Shown: one piece after another, positions 26,315-37,079 of the stretch
Layout of the letters: each line of letters begins with the position of its first letter
Numbering within the stretch: position 1 is the first letter of the stretch
Virus record (IMG/VR): IMGVR_UViG_3300046028_001578
Span: 486 to 64,485 of that record
DNA length: 64,000 nucleotides
Origin: a virus
Lineage: Duplodnaviria > Caudoviricetes
Reading direction: 5' to 3' (one strand)
Position numbers and translations under genes: made by a program
The notes under the pieces: generated by a model
Told to the model about the DNA's origin: nothing
Database searches by the model: none
What the model saw: the letters and a program-made list of their open reading frames with translations, nothing else

Positions 26315-29300
26315 TTAAGCTATACGCATTAAAACATATTCAATAGTTGCTCCACCACCATTATTAAGTGTGAATGTAGTACCACCTACACCACCAGTTA
26401 AAACACTTCCTACAGATACTCTAGTAAATGTTCCAGTAGTAGTCATAGAATTAGAATCTATACGATAAGCTAGCATTGTTGCAATTGGATCTACAGTTGC
26501 AAATAACGCAGATTTGGTATAGGCAAAAGTTGTACTACCCGCTGTTAGTTTTTGCTCAAGAATTATAATTTGATGACCCTCAAGTACAGTAAGAGATGTA
26601 TTTCTAGCACCACCCGATGAATGGAATATTGGAAAATATTTTGGTACATTAACAGTCATACCACTAGTAGTAATAACGGCAGCCGCAGCCAGGGTTATTG
26701 CTCCTATTACATATTGTCTTATAGGAACCTGCATAAGCAGTTTTTTAATTGGAAGGCTAGCATTAGTATCACTTATACTATCTATAGCACCATCAACATA
26801 AGTCTTATTAGTTAAATGGTTTCCAGTAGTTGGTGCTGTAGCAGCAGTAATTGCTGCGGTTGTAACAGTTAAACTACCACCAATAGCAGAAGCACCTGAA
26901 ACACTTATACCACCTGAATTAACAGCAAGACCACCTTGATAAATAGTAACTTGCTTAGCGAATGAAGCACTACCACTATTTAAAATCTCGAAATTAGTAG
27001 CACCTGCAAAGCCCGTAACACTAAAGTTACCAAGAGAAGAACCAAAGGTTTGACTATTTGCACCTGCGTTGCCACCAGTAAGGGTCATAAACCCTGAAGT
27101 AGCGGTACTGATTGCAGTATCCATTGCACTCTTAGTAATAATTGCATCCGCTAGGGTGGGAGCCGTAGATGGACTGTAAACCAAGAATGCCTTACCGGAT
27201 ACTGGAGCACGAAGAACAAGATCACCAACAGCATAAGTACCAGCACTAGCAGTAGAAATAGCTTCTAGTGTAGAATCTGTTGTACCGAGTTTAAGCTTAG
27301 TGCCTGTAGTCTTAAATGTAATAGCATCACATGAAAGTGTACCTAAAGTACTAGCACCCGCTGTTAAGGTATTTGTAGAACAATCCACATTAGCTAGCAA
27401 GCTGATCTTACCTGTTCCAGCAGGATCTAGAATAAGATCTAGATTGCCTGTTGTTGTTAGTGTATTAGCCGCAGCACTAGTAATTATAACAGATCCAAGT
27501 GTGGCTCCAGCAAATGTTGGAGTAGCAGCAGTGTGGATGTTCTGTGGTAAACTTAGAGTTGGCGTAGTAGTACCAGTTACAGTTACTTGATTGGCTGTAC
27601 CAGTAACACTAGTAACACCAGTATTATTAAAGGTAACAGTATCAGTAGTAGCATCAGTAGTTATACTCATACCAGTACCAGCAGCAAGTGTTAAAGTATC
27701 TGTTGTGGTATCGACAACAACATTGGATTGACCAGCTACAGCAATAGTTCCAAAGATATTTGGAGCTACTGCCGAATTAGTAATAGTAATTGTTGAACCC
27801 GAACCAGTAACAGTAATACCACTTCCTGCAGTTAGATTGAGTGTACTAGAGTTTGTAGCAGCGGTAACAGATGTTCCACTAGATGGGGTGATGGTTTTAA
27901 AGATAGCTTGTGAGCTACCCTTATCAGTATTAGTAATACTAATACCAGCACCTTCACTGCCGCTTCCGGTAACTGCAACACCATCACTGCCCGTAGCAGT
28001 TGCAACATAGTTTCCAGTAGTATCAGTACCAAGAGCAACAGAGTTAGCGGCTATTGTTGTAGCTATAGAAACAGCAGCAGAGCCATCAAAATTAACTGTA
28101 CCAGTAACATCACCAGTAAGGGCAATGGCACGAGTAGTAGCTAGCTGAGTAGCAGTTGCTGCATTTCCCGTAAGTGGGGAATCAGTAAATGCCAAATCCT
28201 TAGTAGCAGCACCAACACGCAGTTTCAGTGTATTTGATTCCCACCAAAGATCACCCGCTGTAGGTGAGGTAGGAGCAGAGCCACCAACAAAGCGTATAGG
28301 AGCTAGAGAGGTAGTACTACCGGGTAGTTGAATCATCCCAGTCATTGTTCCACCAGCACGAGCCAACGCATTGTTTGCCGTAGTAGCAACCGCAGGAACT
28401 GTAGTACTTTCAAGCGTTGTTACTCTTGCAGTTGCAGTAACTAGAGCAGAGTTAGTGGCTACAGCATAATCATTAACAGTTTTTATAGCAGAAGAAGTCG
28501 CTGCTGTATCAGTAAGTGTAGAGGCTAGTGAACTAGAGAGGTTTACAGCAGCAACACCGGATGTAATAGTAAGTCCTGTACCCTGCTTAATACCACCTAA
28601 TACGGTAGAAGTAGCAGGAACAACAGAAAGTACACCAGAACCATTGATGCTAAGACCACTATCATTGCCTGTACTAATCTGTACTAAACCAAGAGCACCT
28701 GTTGTAGCTGCATCTCTATAAGCAATTTGCTTAGTAGCTGAGGTTGTTCTAAACTGTAAGACATCATTAAGATTCCATAGGTCACCGTTAACCAATGTAC
28801 CAAGGGTTGCAGCCGAAGGAGGAATAGATAGAGAAGCTATTGCCGTAGTTGCAGTAGCAGTCCTTAGCTTACCTGTCATCTGAATAGTACCGTCAATAAG
28901 CATACTGGCTAGTCTTAGTGTATTAACAGAGGTAGCCGAAGCAGCAGTCGTGCTGCTGGTTGTATTAACTGTATCAGTCAGATTAACCGCAGCAACACCA
29001 GCTGTAATGGTAAGTCCTGTGCCTTGCTTAATACCACCAAGTTGTGTCGTAGTTGCAGCTGGTAAAGATAAAGCACCTGTTGAGGTGTTTAAACTTAAGC
29101 CACTTGTGGCAACAGCATCAACCATGACTTGACCAAGGGTAGCATTACCCGCAGTAGGATAAGTAACATTTACTATGCCACCAGAGCCAGCAGCTAAGCC
29201 TGTGCCTAGCTTTAAACCGCCTAGTTGTGAAGCAGTACCAATAGGTAAAGACAACGCACCTGTTGAGGTGTTAAGACTTAAACCACTAGTTGCAACTAGA

Positions 29301-32300
29301 GCAACCATAACCTGACCAAGGGTAGCAGTGCCAGCAGTAGGATAAGTAACATTTACTATGCCACCAGAGCCAGCAGCTAAACCTGTGCCTAGTTTGACAG
29401 CACCAAGTTGAGTTGCAGTTGCAGGAATAAGTGCAAGATCACCAAGACCTGTTACACTGATACCACCATCATTTCCGGAAGCAATAGATACTAAACCAGT
29501 TGAACTAGTTGTAGCAAGACCACCAGAAACAACGCGAGATAAACCAAAGTTTCTAATTGTGATGCTTCCTGTTGGGGTAGCACTAACATATACATTTAGT
29601 ACTTTAGTTGCTCCACCACTAGTATCTAAGAAGAAGTATCCATCATATACAGTACCAGCCGTAGCATCTAATGCATTAGGAGTGAAGACTCTAGTGCCAC
29701 CCTCAGCATCAATCAGAATCATTGCTGAACTGGTTGCGTATATTGGGTTTGTAGGATCTACAAAATTAAAGCGATAGCGTATAAAGCTTGTAGTTGCTGG
29801 TGTTGTAGATGCAATGGCAGTAGCAGATGCCCAAGTTTGTTTAAACACTTGAGGAGTAGCCGTACCAACAATAGAACCACCAGCATTTAGAACAGCTGTT
29901 TCAACATAACCAAAGTTAACGGCATCATTAGCTGCCAAAGAACCAGCAGGGCGCATAATCATATCAGTGAGATATTTATTACCCGCACTTAAATTGGATC
30001 CGGTAGCAAAGATTGCATTAGCTTCTAAGTAACTCTTTGTAACAACATCTTGAGCAGCTGTTGGATTCACTACATTAATAATCTTCTTAGTCCCGGCACT
30101 TAGCGCACCTCCGGATAAGAAGACTGAATTGGTAGCAAGTCGATTATCAATAGTAGTATTAAGACCTGAAGTTAATGTGTAGTTTGTGTCTACATAATTC
30201 TTCGTTGCTGCATCTTGAGCCAGAGTCGGATCAACTACATTAATAATCTTCTTAGTCCCGGCACTTAGCGAACCTGCGGATAAGAAGACTGAATTGGTAG
30301 CAAGTCTTGCATCTATCGGTGTATTGATAGCTGAGGTTAGAGTATAATTAGTGTCTACATAATTCTTAGTTGCTGCATCCTGAGCCGAAGTAGGATCTAC
30401 AACCGCAGTAATTCTTTTAGTACCTGCACTGAGCACAGCACCAGACAAGAAGACTGAGTTAGTAGCAAGTCTAGCATCTATCGGCGTATTAAGAGTTGCT
30501 GTAGTTGTGTAACTAGCTAGAGCAGTATCAACATATAGCTTATTAGCTGCATGACTATCCACTGTTGGTGTAGCAACACCAAAGATATTTTGAGCTACTG
30601 AAGATCTTAGGGCAGTAAAGCGGCTATTGACTGAATCCCAGAATGGAGCATTCGCTTGAATCTGCGTCAGTGCAGCAGCATTGAAACCACTAAGACTTTG
30701 GAAATTATCCACTACATATTTCTTAGTGGCTGCATCTTGATCACTTACGGGATTAAGTACATTACTAATTAACTTAGTACCTGCATTAAAGAAAGCACCA
30801 ACCCCAAGAGATAGTGCTCTTGCATCAATAAGAGTATTAGTGTTAGTACTAAAATTACTGATATGTGCTGTTGATATGGCTACAGAGTTTGCAGCCACAG
30901 TGACTCGTCCCTTAGTATCTACAGTGAATGTAGGAATAGTAGTAGTACTACCATAACTACCCGCTGAAGATGTAGCTAAAGGTGGAATCAAAGCATCAGC
31001 AAAAGGTGAAGTAGTAATACTAATAGCTGAAGCAGATAATGCAGGAATATCTCCACTAGTAATAGCTCTTTGGCTAATAGCAGTTATTCTTCCCTTAGTA
31101 TCTACTGTGATATCTTTTACAGGCTGCGTACTATACGCTCCTGCTGTGATAGTAGCAATAGTATTTAGACATGTGTCTGGGAGAACGAATGCACCGGGAG
31201 TTGCAGGATCAATCTTACTAAGGATAATACCTGAAGGTATAAAGCTTACTGGAAGAGCTGATTGACCTGCGGTTACTGTATCTAATTTTGCAACTAAAAT
31301 AGAACCGTCAGCAATAGCATCTTTTGGTAAGATATAACTTTGGGATAAAGCATTACTCAATTTACTTAATGGAATACTACCGGGAAGGTCATCAATGCCC
31401 ATATTTCTATGGCTAGTGGTAGTTACACGACCTTTATTATCATACGCAACTTGTAACATATTGTTGGTATTAGATGCCGTAGCTTGACCATATGTACCAG
31501 CACCAGTAACGGATGTAGTAGGTAAATCATTTACTTCAATTGATCTGTTAGCAGCTGCAGTTAGATTACCCTTAGCATCTACCGTAAAGCGTGTGAGTGC
31601 ATTGGCACTAACACCACTAATAGCTCCATAAGAACCAGCGGTAACAGCAGTATTTGGTAAATCACTTGTTGTAATAGTAGCAGTACTAATAGAAGTAATA
31701 CGACCCTTGGTATCTGCTGCGACTGTAAGCAGTTTACCTGTCCCACCATATGATTGTGCGACTAGACCAGATACAACTGGAAGATCATCGACCGTCATAT
31801 TTCTATGGGTTAGGCTGCTTAAGATACCCTTGCTATTAACAGTAGCAGACACCATGTTATTGGTATTGCTTGCTGTTAGCTGTCCAAAAGTACCAACAGA
31901 TGTAGTTAAAGTACTAGGAAGATTCTCTAAAGGGAAGGTATAAGTTTGTCCTATTGCTGAACTTAGTTTAGACAGTGGGATAGCATTAGGAAGTCTAGCA
32001 ATAGCTACTGTGCCGGAAGTTAAGTTGTCAGCATTATTTAACTGACTTAAGTTTACAGCATCAGTTGCCGCAGTACCGGGAGATAAATTTGTAATTTTAT
32101 AATCTGTTGCAACACCCGGAAGTCTGGTTGTAAAGTCACCAGTAAATGTTGGTGTTCCAGCAACTAGACCTGTACGATAGATTGCACCTTTGGTTACAGC
32201 ATTTTTTACTGCTAACACATTGGCAATAAATGTACCACCTGAGTAGGCGATATTATCTTGACCCGTAAAGAATGTTCCAGTATCAGTAATTTCTTTACTA

Positions 32301-32986
32301 CCTACATCCTTAATAAAGTTATTATTCATTTTCAAATCGCCGTTCCCTAAGAAGGGACCGTCAACTGCATTCTCGTCATACTTAAGAATAATTTCATTAC
32401 GAATCTTAGCAACAACTTCTTGTACTAAATACTTTAACTGATCAAACTGTAGGTTTAACTGTGTTGTAGTTAAGCGAGTACCGGGTGCAAAGGTTACAAT
32501 GCTATTGAGTGATACAGTCTTTCTACGAATAAAAACTTTATCATACTGTCGAACTGGCGGTCCGGAAGTTGTATTTGCTTGCAGTAGTGGGATGTCAACA
32601 TACTGGTCATTCCCATTTGCATCTTTTAAAGTTAGTGAAAAAGAACGGCTTTCAGGATAAAACTTAAAAGGATTGTAAGATGAGCCAACAAGAATTGTAC
32701 TTAAATCAATAAAGGTCAATACCTTGGTTTGTTCATTGATTGTGTACCAATTTTTTGGGAAGATGAATAACTGTCTTCGGTCTGCAATTGTAAATACATT
32801 TGTTCCAAAATTAGTATCAGCTCCAGTATCAAAGACTCTCTCGACTTCAATCTGATCAATAAGCGGGACATTCGGTAAGAATGCCATTGTACTTAAATCA
32901 AAAGTACCACTTGCTACAGATGAATTATTATTTGAGTCATAGATGAGTGTTGTCTGTGCTATATGTAAGTTATCATATGTTGTCAT
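26315..32986 (-). CDS. tail fibre protein, 2223 aa
   Basis: T7 gp17-like N-terminal adaptor (VFIRRKT...VTFAPGTRLTTTQLN...QLKYLVQE); repeats VDxKGRxT, DAATKxYVD and LGGIKxGxGL. Confidence 0.9.
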   Translation of the reverse strand: MTTYDNLHIAQTTLIYDSNNNSSVASGTFDLSTMAFLPNVPLIDQIEVERVFDTGADTNFGTNVFTIADRRQLFIFPKNWYTINEQTKVLTFIDLSTILVGSSYNPFKFYPESRSFSLTLKDANGNDQYVDIPLLQANTTSGPPVRQYDKVFIRRKTVSLNSIVTFAPGTRLTTTQLNLQFDQLKYLVQEVVAKIRNEIILKYDENAVDGPFLGNGDLKMNNNFIKDVGSKEITDTGTFFTGQDNIAYSGGTFIANVLAVKNAVTKGAIYRTGLVAGTPTFTGDFTTRLPGVATDYKITNLSPGTAATDAVNLSQLNNADNLTSGTVAIARLPNAIPLSKLSSAIGQTYTFPLENLPSTLTTSVGTFGQLTASNTNNMVSATVNSKGILSSLTHRNMTVDDLPVVSGLVAQSYGGTGKLLTVAADTKGRITSISTATITTSDLPNTAVTAGSYGAISGVSANALTRFTVDAKGNLTAAANRSIEVNDLPTTSVTGAGTYGQATASNTNNMLQVAYDNKGRVTTTSHRNMGIDDLPGSIPLSKLSNALSQSYILPKDAIADGSILVAKLDTVTAGQSALPVSFIPSGIILSKIDPATPGAFVLPDTCLNTIATITAGAYSTQPVKDITVDTKGRITAISQRAITSGDIPALSASAISITTSPFADALIPPLATSSAGSYGSTTTIPTFTVDTKGRVTVAANSVAISTAHISNFSTNTNTLIDARALSLGVGAFFNAGTKLISNVLNPVSDQDAATKKYVVDNFQSLSGFNAAALTQIQANAPFWDSVNSRFTALRSSVAQNIFGVATPTVDSHAANKLYVDTALASYTTTATLNTPIDARLATNSVFLSGAVLSAGTKRITAVVDPTSAQDAATKNYVDTNYTLTSAINTPIDARLATNSVFLSAGSLSAGTKKIINVVDPTLAQDAATKNYVDTNYTLTSGLNTTIDNRLATNSVFLSGGALSAGTKKIINVVNPTAAQDVVTKSYLEANAIFATGSNLSAGNKYLTDMIMRPAGSLAANDAVNFGYVETAVLNAGGSIVGTATPQVFKQTWASATAIASTTPATTSFIRYRFNFVDPTNPIYATSSAMILIDAEGGTRVFTPNALDATAGTVYDGYFFLDTSGGATKVLNVYVSATPTGSITIRNFGLSRVVSGGLATTSSTGLVSIASGNDGGISVTGLGDLALIPATATQLGAVKLGTGLAAGSGGIVNVTYPTAGTATLGQVMVALVATSGLSLNTSTGALSLPIGTASQLGGLKLGTGLAAGSGGIVNVTYPTAGNATLGQVMVDAVATSGLSLNTSTGALSLPAATTTQLGGIKQGTGLTITAGVAAVNLTDTVNTTSSTTAASATSVNTLRLASMLIDGTIQMTGKLRTATATTAIASLSIPPSAATLGTLVNGDLWNLNDVLQFRTTSATKQIAYRDAATTGALGLVQISTGNDSGLSINGSGVLSVVPATSTVLGGIKQGTGLTITSGVAAVNLSSSLASTLTDTAATSSAIKTVNDYAVATNSALVTATARVTTLESTTVPAVATTANNALARAGGTMTGMIQLPGSTTSLAPIRFVGGSAPTSPTAGDLWWESNTLKLRVGAATKDLAFTDSPLTGNAATATQLATTRAIALTGDVTGTVNFDGSAAVSIATTIAANSVALGTDTTGNYVATATGSDGVAVTGSGSEGAGISITNTDKGSSQAIFKTITPSSGTSVTAATNSSTLNLTAGSGITVTGSGSTITITNSAVAPNIFGTIAVAGQSNVVVDTTTDTLTLAAGTGMSITTDATTDTVTFNNTGVTSVTGTANQVTVTGTTTPTLSLPQNIHTAATPTFAGATLGSVIITSAAANTLTTTGNLDLILDPAGTGKISLLANVDCSTNTLTAGASTLGTLSCDAITFKTTGTKLKLGTTDSTLEAISTASAGTYAVGDLVLRAPVSGKAFLVYSPSTAPTLADAIITKSAMDTAISTATSGFMTLTGGNAGANSQTFGSSLGNFSVTGFAGATNFEILNSGSASFAKQVTIYQGGLAVNSGGISVSGASAIGGSLTVTTAAITAATAPTTGNHLTNKTYVDGAIDSISDTNASLPIKKLLMQVPIRQYVIGAITLAAAAVITTSGMTVNVPKYFPIFHSSGGARNTSLTVLEGHQIIILEQKLTAGSTTFAYTKSALFATVDPIATMLAYRIDSNSMTTTGTFTRVSVGSVLTGGVGGTTFTLNNGGGATIEYVLMRIA
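29030..30500. repeat. near-identical intragenic direct repeats in the fibre (periods about 183 bp and 165 bp)
   Basis: aagtaacatttactatgccaccagagccagcagctaa at 29161 and 29344; actacattaataatcttcttagtcccggcacttagcg at 30069 and 30234. Confidence 0.85.
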
Positions 32987-32997
32987 ATGTGTCTCCG

Positions 32998-35900
32998 TTA
33001 AGTGTCAATGGTTGTATATTTCTGTTTAAACTTACCCTTAAACTCCATGTTCGTAATATTAACTGGAGTTGGGTATTCACTGGTAATTCTAATAGTAGTT
33101 GAATCTGAGTATCCAAGAATCTTAGATACAAATTCACCTTGCTTTTGAAATATCTCTAGAGGTAAAGTATCTTCATAGATTGTATACTCCGGTCTTGTTG
33201 GAATATAGCTTGTTGTGAATGCGGGTCTACCTCTATGGGTTACTTCAATATCATATGGTCCAGTGAAGTAGTGTCTAAAGATAGCACTACGGATATTCAA
33301 TACACCATCTATAATATTATTATTTTCATCGCGTACAAACAGAGTACTGAGTTCTACATTCATCTTAAACTTAACACCAATGTATACATAGTAATTATTG
33401 ATTGCATAGTTTGCACCAATAACTACAATCTCTGTATACTGTCCACCATTAGCATCTGTTTTATTAGTGACACTAAAAGGTTGTATAGCTACATTACTTA
33501 AATCTTCACTATCAGGAGTGCCGTTATTTAAATATCCCTTAAAAAGAACAACAAAGTATTTATCTATTTCAATTATGTTAGTATGTCCCGGTATACGATA
33601 AGTAGTAGTAGCTGTGTATGGATCATATTTAGCATTGTAATTAACAGCTTGTGAATCTGAGTTAATAATTTTCATCTTAAACATTCGATCAAGACGAGGA
33701 ATATACACATCTTCATTTAACATATAGTTACGATAAAGATAATATTTATAAGTTTCACTACCAGCACTAGTTTCTCGTTTACTGACAACATACATGTTAT
33801 TAGAAAAGCACTGCAGTGTCTCAATAGAATCTGTAGCATCTAAAATGTAACGATAGAATGAATTCTGTACAACCCTATCCCCACTAAACCGATTGACATA
33901 CCCATAAATATGATTCCGCTGGTCATCATCTACAAACAGTAGTGTGTCCTGTGCGGGGGCTGTGGCTGCAGTCCTGTAGTTCTTTGGTAGATAGCCAGCT
34001 GCTGTGCTTGAAACCTCTACAGCAGAAGCGTAGCCCATTGTACCCTTACCCGTAAACAGGAAGAGCTTCTGGGAATCAAAGAAGTATAGTCGTGACCCAA
34101 TAAACTGTGGGTCTAGGATAGGCGCAGTACCATAGTAGGTAACCGGGGCTACCGCTACATTGCTTGGCGACAGTTCCATACCTGCGGCAGACATCAATTG
34201 GAATTGGATGTTAGCCTTGGTATTGATAAACATATACTCTTCAAAGGGAGTCATACTTGTGATCTCACAGTAGCTATTTGAGGAGACACGAATGTCAATA
34301 GGATCTGTAGTAATAATGTTATTTGAATCTTTAAGGAAGAGTGATTCATATTCACCCATCTCAGATGAGAAAATAACATCATCAGCAGAGAACCACAGTC
34401 TATCTTTAAAGACTGCGATAGAGTTAATCTTTACATGCTTTAGGCTCTTGCGGTCTACGGTCTTAAAGATACTCGGTCCCGGATTAGTTGTCTTGTCACC
34501 TGTGGTTCTAGCAGACCATTGAATTGGTTCCATGTTCCATGCGGTTACATTCGATGCAGCAATAGATACCACAAGTTTCTGTGGCATTCTTCGGGGATCA
34601 ATGTAAGAGTGTTCATCGGGTGTTCTAATCTTTTGGAGATAAGGTCTACCTGTTGTAGTAATTTCAGTTGTATGGACTACACCTCCAGTTGTTCCAGAGT
34701 AAGTATAAATACCTCTAGTTGCATCTGAAGGGCTATAGTAATAAGTTTGCTCAGCTGGATTCCAACTAATAACTCTATAGTATCCACTTGTTGTATTAAG
34801 ATATGGATTAAGTGTGAAGAAGATTTTACCACGACCCTTGATAATACCACTGAGAAGAGTATCGCTGTCATAGAGAGACTCAAGCATTTGCTTGGCAGTA
34901 TCATCTGTAGTACTAGTTAGTTTAGCATTATTAGAAAACCAATCATCTTTTTCAGGAGGCAATCTAATATCAGATAAATCATTAACACGACTTCCTAAGT
35001 AAGCTTGAGCTGTATTATAGTAATAGTAATCATCAGCAGAAATATAGTCTGCATTAGTTATGGCAATACTATAAGTAGATGAATTGGTTATTGCTGTTGA
35101 ATAAACACTACTTACTGTGGCAGTTTGTGTGCCACCATCGTAACTAACAATAGTTCTTACTTGCCCACTATTAGTACCACCAGTAATAGTTATTGTTTGT
35201 CCGACATAAGCGTTAGTTACTATAGAGGCACTAGCTGCTAATTTAATAGTTGAGGTGGAACCACTTACGGCTGTGCCTGTAACAAGAAGACTGCTAATAT
35301 CAATAGTATAACGAGATGTGGCATCTGGAGTTATACTCCAAGTTGACACTGTTGCACTTCTTGTTGATCCTACATAATCTTGAATTACTTTAGTTTGTCC
35401 TGATCCAACTCCAGATGTTATTGTAATTGTCATCCAATTATAAGAATCATCCTTATCACTAGAACTACTATCTAATGTAATAGTAGTAGCTGATCCAGCT
35501 GCTGCTTTACCTATTAATAATGCAGGTCGGAAGCCAAGTAAAACATCATCGGTAGTAGCCGCTAAGCCGTCTGTACCTGTGTCAAATACCTTGGCAACCT
35601 TAACTGCCGTATAGTATTTAATCTTACGACCATTGATATCATCAGTTCCAGTTACTACACCATCAAGATCAAATAACTTACCTTCAACATCAGAACTAAA
35701 TCCCGCTCGTACATTCTTATTAAGAACAACGACACTTGATCCTAGCGATACAGCCTTAAGGGCTTCCTTGGCTGTCTTGTTATTGGGGTTATGTGTGATG
35801 TATGCACGGCTGTCTGTCTTAACAACACCAGTGGCATTGGTCTGATCAGCAGGAGTTAAATCTTCCCATGTACCTGTAGGGTAGACTCTGAAGATATAGA

Positions 35901-36270
35901 ATAACTTTTCAGCATCACTTGTTGCACTAAAATCAATGACAACAAGGAATGTATTCTCTTCATTAATACTGTACCAATAATACCATAGATCATGGTTTGC
36001 TGGAACAGCGGCTAAAGAATATAAATCTAATCGAATAGTGGTTGATGAGGTATCCCATGAGGTAGCCTCTGCTGCAGTCTTCTGCGGTACAATCTCAAAG
36101 CCGGGTCGCTTCTCAAAGTTACGCTCTAGGGAAACTAAAGCATTATCAATATTCTCTGCTTCGTTTGGTTGCCGTCTATTAGGCGACTGTCTGCCAACAG
36201 AGTTGGTTGTGAAGACAGGAACTTTGGTTGAGGCATAGCCAGCCTGTGGGCTGCGTCTGCGAATAGCCAT
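32998..36270 (-). CDS. tail tubular protein B / nozzle (T7 gp12-like), enlarged
   Basis: GRQSPNRR, EKRPG, FKDRLWF, DPIDI motifs; position after tube A. Confidence 0.9.
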   Translation of the reverse strand: MAIRRRSPQAGYASTKVPVFTTNSVGRQSPNRRQPNEAENIDNALVSLERNFEKRPGFEIVPQKTAAEATSWDTSSTTIRLDLYSLAAVPANHDLWYYWYSINEENTFLVVIDFSATSDAEKLFYIFRVYPTGTWEDLTPADQTNATGVVKTDSRAYITHNPNNKTAKEALKAVSLGSSVVVLNKNVRAGFSSDVEGKLFDLDGVVTGTDDINGRKIKYYTAVKVAKVFDTGTDGLAATTDDVLLGFRPALLIGKAAAGSATTITLDSSSSDKDDSYNWMTITITSGVGSGQTKVIQDYVGSTRSATVSTWSITPDATSRYTIDISSLLVTGTAVSGSTSTIKLAASASIVTNAYVGQTITITGGTNSGQVRTIVSYDGGTQTATVSSVYSTAITNSSTYSIAITNADYISADDYYYYNTAQAYLGSRVNDLSDIRLPPEKDDWFSNNAKLTSTTDDTAKQMLESLYDSDTLLSGIIKGRGKIFFTLNPYLNTTSGYYRVISWNPAEQTYYYSPSDATRGIYTYSGTTGGVVHTTEITTTGRPYLQKIRTPDEHSYIDPRRMPQKLVVSIAASNVTAWNMEPIQWSARTTGDKTTNPGPSIFKTVDRKSLKHVKINSIAVFKDRLWFSADDVIFSSEMGEYESLFLKDSNNIITTDPIDIRVSSNSYCEITSMTPFEEYMFINTKANIQFQLMSAAGMELSPSNVAVAPVTYYGTAPILDPQFIGSRLYFFDSQKLFLFTGKGTMGYASAVEVSSTAAGYLPKNYRTAATAPAQDTLLFVDDDQRNHIYGYVNRFSGDRVVQNSFYRYILDATDSIETLQCFSNNMYVVSKRETSAGSETYKYYLYRNYMLNEDVYIPRLDRMFKMKIINSDSQAVNYNAKYDPYTATTTYRIPGHTNIIEIDKYFVVLFKGYLNNGTPDSEDLSNVAIQPFSVTNKTDANGGQYTEIVVIGANYAINNYYVYIGVKFKMNVELSTLFVRDENNNIIDGVLNIRSAIFRHYFTGPYDIEVTHRGRPAFTTSYIPTRPEYTIYEDTLPLEIFQKQGEFVSKILGYSDSTTIRITSEYPTPVNITNMEFKGKFKQKYTTIDT

Positions 36271-36947
36271 TAAAAACCTCCAGTGCGAAAGTATCTAAAC
36301 CGATTTGGATCACTTAAACTACGAGAACGCTGTGCTGAGCTTCTAGGCATACTGTACATACCGAAGATGCTTTTCTTCTTGTCATTTACATCCGCTGCTT
36401 TGCTCTTAAGGGCAAAGAGTTGCTCTTGGTATCCCAAGAAAGCATCAGTAGCTTCATCACCCTGAGTAATACTCTGGTAGTGACGCATAGCAGTAGCCAT
36501 GATGGCTCTCTGTACTGCAGTCTCTAGATTCTCCCAAGGTAGTTTCATAGTCAGTTCAATATAATACGGACCATTAGTGGCTTGCCATATATCTGTATCA
36601 TCAGTAATGTTCCACAGACGCATTGGAGATGTATTATTCAAAACTCTTGCTTTGATAAGATAACCATCTTTATTTGTATGTTGTGACACTAATTCAGCAG
36701 CTAAGATACCAGATTCATCTCCATCGGGAGTAGGTAGTGCAATATAACCATCGGTTACTAGACCAAACTCACGGGTAAACTTATTACCCGATAGTCCACG
36801 CATCTGATGATCCATACTTGCTTGCTCTAAAAGTGTGTCTGCAATTCCTGTATCAATACCCGACTCACCCTCAAGGTCGGCTACAAGGTTTTCACCTGAA
36901 GCCAGTAGCATATGATTAATTGCTTGTAGCTTTGTTATTAAGCCCAT
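36270..36947 (-). CDS. tail tubular protein A (T7 gp11-like)
   Basis: TKLQAINHMLLASGE motif; start ATG 36947 behind AAGGAGG. Confidence 0.9.
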   Translation of the reverse strand: MGLITKLQAINHMLLASGENLVADLEGESGIDTGIADTLLEQASMDHQMRGLSGNKFTREFGLVTDGYIALPTPDGDESGILAAELVSQHTNKDGYLIKARVLNNTSPMRLWNITDDTDIWQATNGPYYIELTMKLPWENLETAVQRAIMATAMRHYQSITQGDEATDAFLGYQEQLFALKSKAADVNDKKKSIFGMYSMPRSSAQRSRSLSDPNRFRYFRTGGF

Positions 36948-36970
36948 AGTAGCCTCCTTTAAATTGTTAG

Positions 36971-37008
36971 AAAAAACCCACCGACTCCCACTTAAGGGAG
37001 CCGGGGGT
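36971..37008 (-). terminator. intrinsic terminator after capsid gene (T-phi-like)
   Basis: ACCCCCGGCTCCC-TTAAGT-GGGAGTCGGTGGGT followed by a U run. Confidence 0.85.
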
Positions 37009-37079
37009 AGATAAACGATCACCTCCGATTCAAACTAGTACTAATAATAGAAACTTGTTATGAAGGAGAGTGGTAATCA

